Positions 28,392 to 36,605 of a stretch of 64,000 nucleotides of DNA are shown here, in pieces (the first letter of the stretch is position 1; each line of letters opens with the position of its first letter). Source of the DNA: Candidatus Dormiibacterota bacterium (GTDB lineage: Bacteria > Chloroflexota > Dormibacteria > CF-121); contig DATBYO010000002.1 in the NCBI GenBank assembly GCA_036513655.1, forward strand, positions 12,246 to 76,245. Direction: 5' to 3'. A program made the translations under genes and the position numbers. The notes under the pieces were generated by a model. The model saw only the letters and a list, made by a program, of their open reading frames with translations. It had not been told where the DNA came from and searched no databases.

Positions 28392-28805
28392 TCAGGCCCG
28401 AGTTGCCGGGTCCATCCGGACGCCATTAGGGGAATACCCTTTCTGGGCGTGGCGCGCCGTGACAACCGTCTTGATGTTGCCGCGGACGTTGAAGTCGCCG
28501 ACGACCTCCATGAAGCGGGGATCGAGTAGCGTGACGAGGTCATCGAGGATCCGGTTGACTGCCGCCTCGTGGAACACTTCCTGGTCGCGGAACTTGTTGA
28601 TGTAGAGCTTGAGCGACTTGAGCTCGACAAGCTTCTGGTCGGGGATGTAGCGAATCCGGATCGTTGCGAAATCCGGGAAACCGGAATCCGGCGCCAGGCA
28701 GGTGAACTCGGGGATGGTGAAGTCGATCTCGTAGTCGCGCGTAGGCGTGTCGTTGGGGACGGCCTCGAGCGTCGACTCGGCGATCATCTTTGCGCCGTAT
28801 TTCAT
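28392..28805 (-). CDS. queF: NADPH-dependent 7-cyano-7-deazaguanine (preQ0) reductase
   Basis: Motifs [21 protein letters not shown] and [10 protein letters not shown], including the catalytic Cys. Confidence 0.85.
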   Translation of the reverse strand: MKYGAKMIAESTLEAVPNDTPTRDYEIDFTIPEFTCLAPDSGFPDFATIRIRYIPDQKLVELKSLKLYINKFRDQEVFHEAAVNRILDDLVTLLDPRFMEVVGDFNVRGNIKTVVTARHAQKGYSPNGVRMDPATRA

Positions 28806-28843
28806 CCCCGTAATGCTACGACGGCTTCAATCGTCAGTCCGAG

Positions 28844-29899
28844 TCAGGGCGTCACGGTGAAGGCGGTTCGTGAGCTGGTGACGGCGCCGTCGCCATTGGT
28901 CAGCTGGATGACGTAGTCCTGGACGGCGCGGCCGGCCGCCACCTTTACCGTCAGGGTGGACGGGTTGACCACGGCGGCCGCGAGGCCATCGAACTCGCCG
29001 GCGGGGCTCGCCAGTGGAACGAAGTGCACCCGCAGCGTAGCCCCCGCGAGAAAGCCGGCGCCCTGGATCGTGACCAGCGTGTCTTGCGCCGTCGAGGCGC
29101 GGGTGGGGCTCACCGACTGAACGCTGGGTCCTCCGGTTGGGGCGCTGGTGCTGTCGCTGCCGCGCAGGACGAGTGTGCCGGGGAGCGGGGCGAGTGGCTT
29201 GACCGTTCCGCTCTGGCCACGCCACTGCCCGATGTCGTTCAGGCACAGATTGATCGGGAGGGCTTTCCCGCCGATGGTCAGCACGCCCAGCACCTTCCCG
29301 CCGGGCCCGATGACGGGGCCGCCGAGATTGCCCGGCAGGTCGTCGACGCGGAGGACCAGCTGCGTCGCGCTTTGTTCCGTGAGGAAGGCGGGCGTTGAGG
29401 TTCGCAGGTTCGCCACCTTCGGGCTGGCGAGGAGCACCACCGGGTCGCCGAGCTGCAATGTCGTCGGATCGCCAAACGCGATCGGCGTTCCATCGCCGGC
29501 CGCGCGAATCTGCGCGACGCCGAGGGCGGCATCGATCCCGATCACGCGCACCTGGTGCATGCCCCCGGTGTTGTCGACGAGGCGCAAGCCCTCGCTCCCG
29601 CTGACCAGGCTGGCGGCAGTAAGGAAGTCGCCCTGCGTGTCAATCAGGAAGGCGGTGCCAAAGGTGTGATCGTTGACGATGGTCATCACGCCGTCGAGAT
29701 CCCGGTCGAGCTCGTCCGGCAGGAGCACGGCGGCCGGTGGGGGCGTCGGCGTTGGGGTCGGCACCGGGGTCGGCGTCGGGCGCGCTGCCTCCAATCGCTG
29801 AACGGCGGTCGGGATCAGCACGGCCAGTCCCGCCAGGACGAAGCCGATGGCGAGCGCCGCGAGCACTTGGTCCAGCCGGTTCCGGGGAATACGACCCAC
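28844..29899 (-). CDS. Membrane-anchored trypsin-fold (S1C/Trypsin_2-like) protein with substituted catalytic His and Ser (likely pseudoprotease) plus a C-terminal Ig-like domain
   Basis: GTAFLIDTQGDFLTAASLV aligns to GSGFVIxxxGxILTNAHVV with H>S. PGNLGGPVIGPGGKVLGV aligns to PGNSGGPL with S>L. The Asp region is retained. Confidence 0.65.
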   Translation of the reverse strand: MGRIPRNRLDQVLAALAIGFVLAGLAVLIPTAVQRLEAARPTPTPVPTPTPTPPPAAVLLPDELDRDLDGVMTIVNDHTFGTAFLIDTQGDFLTAASLVSGSEGLRLVDNTGGMHQVRVIGIDAALGVAQIRAAGDGTPIAFGDPTTLQLGDPVVLLASPKVANLRTSTPAFLTEQSATQLVLRVDDLPGNLGGPVIGPGGKVLGVLTIGGKALPINLCLNDIGQWRGQSGTVKPLAPLPGTLVLRGSDSTSAPTGGPSVQSVSPTRASTAQDTLVTIQGAGFLAGATLRVHFVPLASPAGEFDGLAAAVVNPSTLTVKVAAGRAVQDYVIQLTNGDGAVTSSRTAFTVTP

Positions 29900-29965
29900 A
29901 CTCCTTCAACGAAGCAAGGGCGTGCTTTCTTGGAGGCGTCCCGGCTTTCCGATACATTCATCACG

Positions 29966-31165
29966 ATGCGGCTGCGGAATACCGAAACGAACGCAGTCCA
30001 GCCGCTCGAGCCCACTGCCCAACCGGTCGGGATCTATGTCTGCGGGATCACCCCCTACGACACGACCCATCTGGGCCATGCCTTCACCTATGTCGTGTTC
30101 GACGTGCTCGTCCGAGTGCTGCGTGGCGCCGGTCAACGGGTCCGTTATGTGCAGAACGTGACCGATGTCGACGATGACATCATCCGGCGGGCGCGCGAGC
30201 TCGGCACCACCTGGGATCACCTCGCCGACAAGGAAACCGCCCTCTACGAGGACGACATGGCGGCCCTCAACGTGCTGGCACCCGACGTGTTCCCCCGGGC
30301 CAGCCAGACCATCCCCAAGATCATCGCGATGATCGTGAAGCTCGAAGCGCGGGGCCATGCCTACCAGCGCGACGGAAACGTCTATTTCCGCGTGGGGAGC
30401 GTCGCCGACTACGGGCGCTTGAGCCGGCTGAGTCGCGAGGAGATGATCACCCTGTCTGCCCAGCGGGGCGCGGATCCGAATGACCCACGAAAGCAGGACC
30501 CGCTTGATTTCGTGCTGTGGCAGGCAAGCGCGCCGGACGAACCGCGCTGGGAGAGCCCCTGGGGCGTGGGCCGCCCGGGCTGGCATATCGAGTGCTCGGC
30601 GATGGCCCTGGAATACCTGGGCCCACAGGTCGACATCCACGGTGGCGGCGCCGACCTGATCTATCCGCATCACGAAAGCGAGATCGCGCAATCGGAGTCG
30701 GTGACCGGGGTGCGGCCCTTCGCCCGGATCTGGATGCACGTGGGCATGCTCCGTTATCAGGGAGAGAAGATGAGCAAGTCCCTGCGTAATCTGGTCCTGG
30801 TTCGTGACCTGCTGCGGCGCTACGACGCCGACAGCATTCGGGTCTTGTTGCTCCGCCACCACTATCGCGAACCATGGGAATACACCGAGGGCCAGCTCGA
30901 GGATGCCGCCGCCTGGACCAAGCGCCTGCGTGAGGCCGTGAGTCGCGTGGACAATGGCGGCGCAGACAGCGCGCTGGCCGTGCGCACGGCGCTGGAGAAC
31001 GACCTGGATACCGCGGGCGCCCTGCGCGTGCTCGAAGAGGCGGTGGGCAGCGGTGCCAGCGGCTGGGGAGCCGCCGCTGACCTGCTCGGGCTGCGGCTCA
31101 ACGCTCAGCAGGACGAGGGGACAGAAATGAAAAAGGCGCTCGGGTGGCGAGCGCCTTTCTCTTGA
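29966..31165 (+). CDS. mshC: Cysteine--1-D-myo-inosityl 2-amino-2-deoxy-alpha-D-glucopyranoside ligase-like (MshC-type CysRS paralog lacking anticodon-binding domain)
   Basis: YVCGITPYDTTHLGHA (HIGH), YVQNVTDVDDDI, GRPGWHIECSAM and KMSKS in about 400 aa; it aligns closely with mycobacterial MshC. Confidence 0.75.
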   Translation: MRLRNTETNAVQPLEPTAQPVGIYVCGITPYDTTHLGHAFTYVVFDVLVRVLRGAGQRVRYVQNVTDVDDDIIRRARELGTTWDHLADKETALYEDDMAALNVLAPDVFPRASQTIPKIIAMIVKLEARGHAYQRDGNVYFRVGSVADYGRLSRLSREEMITLSAQRGADPNDPRKQDPLDFVLWQASAPDEPRWESPWGVGRPGWHIECSAMALEYLGPQVDIHGGGADLIYPHHESEIAQSESVTGVRPFARIWMHVGMLRYQGEKMSKSLRNLVLVRDLLRRYDADSIRVLLLRHHYREPWEYTEGQLEDAAAWTKRLREAVSRVDNGGADSALAVRTALENDLDTAGALRVLEEAVGSGASGWGAAADLLGLRLNAQQDEGTEMKKALGWRAPFS

Positions 31166-31246
31166 TGGGGGAGAGAAGCCTGGTTAGTAATACGGGCGAA
31201 GCGCCAGCCGTATTCGTAACGATGTCGCGGCCGGGTGACGCTGGGC

Positions 31247-31675
31247 TTACGTGCTCTTGAGGACGCGGTGAACCCGAGGTAACCCGGTGGGTGGGAACGG
31301 CGGCAGATCCGTTGGACCCCGGCGCTGCAGCTCTTGCCGCAGCGCGGCGGTTTCCGTGACCAGTCGCTCGATGTCGATCGTCATGCAACTCGGCCGGTAG
31401 GCCTCCAGCTTGTCGAGCCCATGGCCGAGCTTGGCCACCGCCCCGCGCCAGTTGCCACGGCGCCAGTGATAAAAGCCCACGCCGACCTGAAGGATGCCCT
31501 GGTAGAGGTAGCGCACGGCGTCGGGCTCATCGATCCAGATGCCCTCCAGTGTCTCGTGCTGCTCGAAGAATTCCTGCCGGTTGAACTCCTCGATCCCGTG
31601 CAGCAACGCATCCGGTGGCGCGTCGTCGCAGCGTGCGGTGCGAATCGGTGCCGTCTTCTTTACGTGCGGCGTCAC
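31247..31675 (-). CDS. DUF309 domain protein
   Basis: FNRQEFFEQHETLEGIW...ILQVGVGFYHWRRGNWRGA. Confidence 0.65.
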   Translation of the reverse strand: MTPHVKKTAPIRTARCDDAPPDALLHGIEEFNRQEFFEQHETLEGIWIDEPDAVRYLYQGILQVGVGFYHWRRGNWRGAVAKLGHGLDKLEAYRPSCMTIDIERLVTETAALRQELQRRGPTDLPPFPPTGLPRVHRVLKST

Positions 31676-31697
31676 GGGAGCGCGGAGGGCTCAGCGG

Positions 31698-32918
31698 TCA
31701 CGCCGGGCTCTGGCCGGCGACTGAGGCCCGAACGCTGTCGCCGTCGGGCGATGCGCCAGGCAGCTCCAGATAGAAGGTTGTGCCCTTGCCTTCGAGGCTG
31801 TTTGCCCAGGCGCGTCCCCCGTGCGCCTCGGCCACCCGGCGCAGCAAGTAGAGCCCCAGGCCCTCGCCGCGGGCCGGCTGCTCTTCCGCGAGTGGCGCGA
31901 AGAGCTCGGCCAGGCGGTCGGCCGACATCCCGGGACCATCGTCCTTCACGATCAACTGACAGCGGTCGCGGCTCGCCTGCCGCAGCCGGAGCTGCACCAC
32001 CGTAGCGCTGTGCGCGTGCTTGAACACGTTGTGGAGCATCTCGTCGAGCGCCGCCTCGAGCAGCGTCGCATCGCCCCAGACATCCGCCTGTGTGTCGAGT
32101 TGGACCCGCAGCTCCATCCCGACATTCGCCATCCGCTCGCGGATGCGCTGCGCCGCCGACTGGGCGACGGCCCCCAGTGAAACGCGGACGGTGAACGTCA
32201 GGTCGAGCGGCAGCCGGGAGAGCAGCAATACCTGGTCCGCGACGCGCATCAGCGTTTCCGACTGGAGGGCCAGGCGTTGCGCCACCACCGACATCTGGTC
32301 GGCTGGGACCTCGTTGTTATTCAGCATGTCGGCGTAGCCGCGCAGGATCGCCAGTGGTTCCTTCACCTCGTGCGAGGCGAGCCGCATGGCTGACACCGGC
32401 GTGCGTGACTGGCCATTGCGCTTGGACTCGGGTTGCAGTCGTGGCCCAAGCAACCCGGCCACGACCAGGAGGACGTCCTGGTCGTCTGGCGTGAAGATTC
32501 GGGCGCCTTTGCCGAGTACCGCCAGGGTACCGGCGGCCTCCCCGGTGCTCCCGCGCCAGGAAGTGCCCAGGTAGCTCACGATGCCGAGCTGTTGGCGCAT
32601 CGCCAGGCTTTTGAATGGCTGGCGTTTTCCGGCATCACGAACATTGATGATGCCGCCGTCGTTTTCCTCGTCGACCGCAGCAAACGTCGCCTCGAGCGGG
32701 AGGCGGAGCCCCGGCTCGATGGCGGGCCCGCTCTCGACGACGGCGGCCATGATCTCGAGCGCCTGTTCATCGATCTTGCCCAGGAACGCGGCGCGGGCAT
32801 CGAGGGCCTGCAGCAGGCAATTCAGCGCGTGGTCGATGACTTCGGGAAGGGGCCGGTTGAGATTGGCGACCACCAGGCGGCGGACGAGGCTCAGGGATGA
32901 CTGGTGGTCAGGGCTCAT
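31698..32918 (-). CDS. GAF-domain sensor histidine kinase
   Basis: N-terminal GAF domain, H-box MRLASHEVKEPLAIL and HATPase motifs (DDGPGM, GLGLYL). ATG at 32918. The additional 193 aa of the track ORF read through the REP elements and are spurious. Confidence 0.8.
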   Translation of the reverse strand: MSPDHQSSLSLVRRLVVANLNRPLPEVIDHALNCLLQALDARAAFLGKIDEQALEIMAAVVESGPAIEPGLRLPLEATFAAVDEENDGGIINVRDAGKRQPFKSLAMRQQLGIVSYLGTSWRGSTGEAAGTLAVLGKGARIFTPDDQDVLLVVAGLLGPRLQPESKRNGQSRTPVSAMRLASHEVKEPLAILRGYADMLNNNEVPADQMSVVAQRLALQSETLMRVADQVLLLSRLPLDLTFTVRVSLGAVAQSAAQRIRERMANVGMELRVQLDTQADVWGDATLLEAALDEMLHNVFKHAHSATVVQLRLRQASRDRCQLIVKDDGPGMSADRLAELFAPLAEEQPARGEGLGLYLLRRVAEAHGGRAWANSLEGKGTTFYLELPGASPDGDSVRASVAGQSPA

Positions 32919-32954
32919 GAAGGGGCGCCCACGGTTATAACACGGCCGACCCCT

Positions 32955-33025
32955 GTGAATTCCCTCCGGCTCCGGGGGAGGGTCAGCCCACGTGATTCCC
33001 TTCCCCTCCGGGGGAGGGTCAGGGT
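32955..33025 (+). repeat. GC-rich palindromic REP-like elements, tandem copies D1 and D2
   Basis: TTCCCTCCGGCTCCGGGGGAGGGTCAGCCC-ACGTGA-TTCCCTTCCCCTCCGGGGGAGGGTCAGGGTGGCGG in the divergent HK/PHP intergenic region. Confidence 0.65.
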
Positions 33026-33057
33026 GGCGGCCACATACCACATAAAATGGGCGACCA

Positions 33058-33936
33058 TTGGCAAAGGTATCCAACGGGCGCGCGAACCTGCACCTGCACA
33101 CGATCTTCAGTGACGGAGAGCTCCCGCCGGCCGAGATCGTGGCCGCCCACGCCGCGGCGGGGTTCGAAGTCATCGCCCTGACCGACCACGACACATTGGC
33201 CGGGATCGACGCCATCGGCGGCCTGGAGGGACATGGCGTGCGGGCGATCTCGGGTGTCGAGCTGTCGATCGAGGATGAACCAGGCCGTGGCCTGGTCGAC
33301 ACCCATTTGCTCGGGTACGGATTTGGCCTCAACAACCGGCGCTTGCGCAATCGTCTCCACGAAGCCAGCGAGGCCCGCGAGGCGCAGAAGGTGGAAACGG
33401 TGCGCCGGCTGGCAGCGGCCGGCTTCAAGGTTGCGTGGGAGGCGGTGCGCGCCCGTGCGCGCGGCAACGTCGGCAAGCCGCATATCGTGGCGGCCATCGA
33501 GGCCGCGCAGCCCGGCGTCGCTCGCGAAGACCTCTATGCCCTGATGGGTCCGGGTGGCATGGCTCATGTGCCACGCGCCAAAGAACTCTCGCTCGATGAG
33601 GCGGTGGACCTGGTCACCGCCGCCGGCGGCGTCACGGTGCTGGCGCACCCCGGCGTGTACGATCACGTTCCCGATCTGGAGGTGCTGTTTCGAACCTGCG
33701 CCGTTGCCGGCGTGCTCGGACTGGAGGTCACCTACCCGCAGGCCCCGGACGATCCCTATGGGCCGAAGAGTGCGGTGTTGATGGAACGCTTCTCGAAGGC
33801 GGCCACCTCCTACGGCTGGGTGGCGACCGGCGGCGACGATTTCCATGGGCCGCAGGTGACGCCGCTGATCCGGCTGGCGGGCTGGACCGCGACGCCGGCG
33901 ACCTGCGCGGACGAGCTGTTGCAGCGCAGGCCCTAA
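33058..33936 (+). CDS. PHP-domain metal-dependent phosphoesterase (TrpH/YcdX-like)
   Basis: Motifs NLHLHTIFSDG, ALTDHDT and VLAHPG. Confidence 0.8.
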   Translation: MAKVSNGRANLHLHTIFSDGELPPAEIVAAHAAAGFEVIALTDHDTLAGIDAIGGLEGHGVRAISGVELSIEDEPGRGLVDTHLLGYGFGLNNRRLRNRLHEASEAREAQKVETVRRLAAAGFKVAWEAVRARARGNVGKPHIVAAIEAAQPGVAREDLYALMGPGGMAHVPRAKELSLDEAVDLVTAAGGVTVLAHPGVYDHVPDLEVLFRTCAVAGVLGLEVTYPQAPDDPYGPKSAVLMERFSKAATSYGWVATGGDDFHGPQVTPLIRLAGWTATPATCADELLQRRP

Positions 33937-33941
33937 GGCGC

Positions 33942-35396
33942 TTAGCGGGTCGTCAGGAAGCGGGTGATGGCCTCGACGACGGCGTCGGGGCGGTCGAGCG
34001 GAAGGAAGTGCCCACCGGGGTCGATGATCTCGACCGTCGCGTCGCGCAGCTTCTGCTGGAGCGTCTCGGCCCAGCGTGGGTCGAGGAACGTATCGTTGGC
34101 GCCCCAGAGGATCAGGGTCGGGGTGTCGATCTCCTGGATGTGGTTCGAGCGGCTCGTCAGGTCGCGGTTGTTCAGCGCCCGCGCCGCCCGCAGGTAGGCC
34201 CGGTGCCCGCCAAGATCCTGGAAGGGACGGGTCCACTCATTTACGATCTCATCGGTGACGCGTCCCTCGGTCACCATGCCGGCCTCGAGTCCCTTGCGCA
34301 GGCCGTTGCGTAAGTCGATGTTCACCATGATCTGATCCCAGACCGGCTCTTTGAGGCGCGCAATGTCGGCCACCGGCCAGTTGCTGTCGACGACGCTATC
34401 GATCAAGATCAGCCGCGCCACCCGCTGTGGTTCGTCGACTGCCATCAGCTGGGCAACGCCGCCGCCGATGTCGTGGCCGACCACCGCCGCCTGGTGTACA
34501 CCGACCGATTCCATGAAGGCGACCATGTAACGCGCCTGGGCGGCAATGGAGAGATCGGCGTCCAGGCGCTTGTCGGAATCGCCGTAACCCAGCAGGTCGG
34601 GGGCCAGCACATCGAAGGTTGCGGACAACGGACCGATGACATCGCGCCACAGATAAGACGAGCTGGGAATTCCGTGCAGCAGGACGAGCGGTGGGCCCTG
34701 CCCCTGGCGCAGGTAGGCGACATCACCCGCGAACGTCCGGATCTTCCGCTTGTTCCGGGCCAATGGAGCCGTGCTGATGAGCTCGGTGGTCATGGGCGGG
34801 GAAACGGTGGGCGTGGCGGTCCGCTCGAGTGGTGACGGAGGCGGGGCAAAGCGCGCGGGCGGTTCCGGAGCTCCGGGCGGCGCCGCCTCCTGCTGGGCGA
34901 GTGGTGTGCCTTGAGGCGGCGCGGTCTGCCATGCCGGCGGCTGCGGTTCGGGGGCTCGCCGATGCAGGATCACGTTGGTCGAGCTGGCTCGGGCGATCAG
35001 CTGGTTCTGCTGGTCCAGGATCTCCGCCTCAGCCACGGCGATCTGTTGTCCGCGATGGACGATCCGGCCGATCGACCGAAGCATGCCGGTCTCGGCGGTG
35101 ACGGCCTTGATGAAGTTGACATGCAGCTCGGCTGTGGTGAACGACTCGCCCGCCGCAAGCGTGCTGAAGACTGCGAACCCCATGGCGCTGTCGGCGAGCG
35201 ACGTGAGGGCGCCGCCGTGCACGACATTGTTCGGGTTATAGAGGTCGGTCCTGGCAGGCATCTCGAATGTCGCACTGCCATCGGACACGGCGACGAATCG
35301 CATGCCGAGGAGACGGATGTAGGGCGGAGGAGGCCCAGCACCACGGAGCGCGGCCTCGAGCAGGTCACGACCGGACATCTCCGCCGGGCCGGACAT
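33942..35396 (-). CDS. Fusion protein: PaaI/hotdog-fold thioesterase - Pro/Ala-rich linker - alpha/beta hydrolase
   Basis: The N-terminal 150 aa match the PaaI thioesterase family (NPNNVVHGGALTSLADSAMG). A 55-aa Pro-rich linker follows. The C-terminus carries HGIPSSSYLW...GHDIGGG (nucleophile elbow) and a ...GGHF tail. Confidence 0.7.
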   Translation of the reverse strand: MSGPAEMSGRDLLEAALRGAGPPPPYIRLLGMRFVAVSDGSATFEMPARTDLYNPNNVVHGGALTSLADSAMGFAVFSTLAAGESFTTAELHVNFIKAVTAETGMLRSIGRIVHRGQQIAVAEAEILDQQNQLIARASSTNVILHRRAPEPQPPAWQTAPPQGTPLAQQEAAPPGAPEPPARFAPPPSPLERTATPTVSPPMTTELISTAPLARNKRKIRTFAGDVAYLRQGQGPPLVLLHGIPSSSYLWRDVIGPLSATFDVLAPDLLGYGDSDKRLDADLSIAAQARYMVAFMESVGVHQAAVVGHDIGGGVAQLMAVDEPQRVARLILIDSVVDSNWPVADIARLKEPVWDQIMVNIDLRNGLRKGLEAGMVTEGRVTDEIVNEWTRPFQDLGGHRAYLRAARALNNRDLTSRSNHIQEIDTPTLILWGANDTFLDPRWAETLQQKLRDATVEIIDPGGHFLPLDRPDAVVEAITRFLTTR

Positions 35397-35479
35397 GGCC
35401 GCATTCTATAGCGTGCTCAGCGGCGCTTCGCGGCCGTCAGGCCGCGCGCTATCGCGCGTAATTTGTGCAGCTACGCGTT

Positions 35480-35505
35480 TTTGTCTCTCTGTAACCGAAC
35501 TTTTG
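35480..35505 (+). promoter_or_regulatory. Inverted repeat GTAACC-N11-GGTTAC in the divergent intergenic region (candidate operator)
   Basis: CTGTAACCGAACTTTTGGTTACGGA lies in a 210-bp, comparatively AT-rich gap upstream of the LysM-CHAP gene. Confidence 0.35.
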
Positions 35506-35606
35506 GTTACGGACCTGAGGTAACGGAGATGTGACGGTCGTGTCATAGCTCGTCGCGCCGATGCAAGCCCTCGTGACCCCGGGGAGTTGGTCCTGTGTAG
35601 GCCGTA

Positions 35607-36605
35607 GTGGAGCGGTCATTAGGGAGGGGAAAAGGGGGACTTCGTCTGAAGTACGCCGCGCCGCGCTTTGCAACTCATTCGGCAGCGTTGTTGATGGCAG
35701 CCGCGATGCCCTGGCTGGTTCTCCATGTACCGGTCGGCGCCTCGCCGGCCATGGCTGGTGGAACCGTCCCCGGGGCGGCCGTCGCCCAGGCGCCCTTCGG
35801 CCGGGCGGTGGACGGCATGGCATGGTCCATGAGTGGTTCGCTGGTCATTCCAGCGATGCCCGTGACCCCGGCGGGTGAGAAGCACCGCGACATCATTCAT
35901 TACCCGGCGGTCGATGGGGACACGCTTCGGGCGCTGGCCACGAAGTACGGACTATCGGTGAACACGCTGCTCTGGTCGAATCCCAACCTGGTCGACAAAC
36001 TGACGGCCGGTCAAGACGTGGTGATTCCGCCCGTCGACGGTGTGCTCGTCAAGGTCACATCGAGCGATACGGTCGCGTCCCTGGCGCAGAAGTACCGCGC
36101 GGAGTCGGACGCCATCATCGAGTTCAACCTGTTGCGCCATCCGGAGACGCTGCCCATCGATGACTACCTGATGGTGCCCTATGGGGTCGGTCCTGAGCCG
36201 GCTTCGGTTCCGCAGCCCGTCGCCCACACCGTCAGCGCGGGTAAGCGCTCCTGGTACGTCACGCCGGTCTACTCGTCGGGTGGTGGCTTCTATCCCTTCG
36301 GACAGTGCACCTGGTATGTGAACACGCGCCGGCCTGCGCCATGGGGTGGGAATGCCTGGCAATGGTTCGGGCGCGCCCGGGCCTATGGTCGTCCGGAAGG
36401 GCCGACCCCGCGCGTCGGCGCCATCATGGTCACCTGGGAGTCACCCTACTGGGGCCATGTTGCCTACGTCGAGCAGGTTTACGCGGACGGCAGCTGGCTC
36501 GTCTCAGAAATGAACTACGCCAGTCCCACGGGCGGTGGCTGGGGACGGGTCAGCTACCGGCACGTGCTTCCGGGAACGGTTCCCCTGATCGGCTTCATCT
36601 ACTAA
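35607..36605 (+). CDS. LysM-LysM-CHAP domain peptidoglycan hydrolase (secreted)
   Basis: Two LysM repeats (DGDTLRALATKYGLSVNTLL and SDTVASLAQKYRA). CHAP catalytic motifs FGQCTWYV and WGHVAYVE. Long signal peptide ending AMA. Confidence 0.8.
   Translation: MERSLGRGKGGLRLKYAAPRFATHSAALLMAAAMPWLVLHVPVGASPAMAGGTVPGAAVAQAPFGRAVDGMAWSMSGSLVIPAMPVTPAGEKHRDIIHYPAVDGDTLRALATKYGLSVNTLLWSNPNLVDKLTAGQDVVIPPVDGVLVKVTSSDTVASLAQKYRAESDAIIEFNLLRHPETLPIDDYLMVPYGVGPEPASVPQPVAHTVSAGKRSWYVTPVYSSGGGFYPFGQCTWYVNTRRPAPWGGNAWQWFGRARAYGRPEGPTPRVGAIMVTWESPYWGHVAYVEQVYADGSWLVSEMNYASPTGGGWGRVSYRHVLPGTVPLIGFIY

Noticed and set aside
31698-33497. 599-aa track ORF for the histidine kinase
   Set aside because: The N-terminal 193 aa read through the REP elements (PEGKG...PPPEPEG) and the antisense of the PHP gene start. 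I trimmed to the ATG at 32918.
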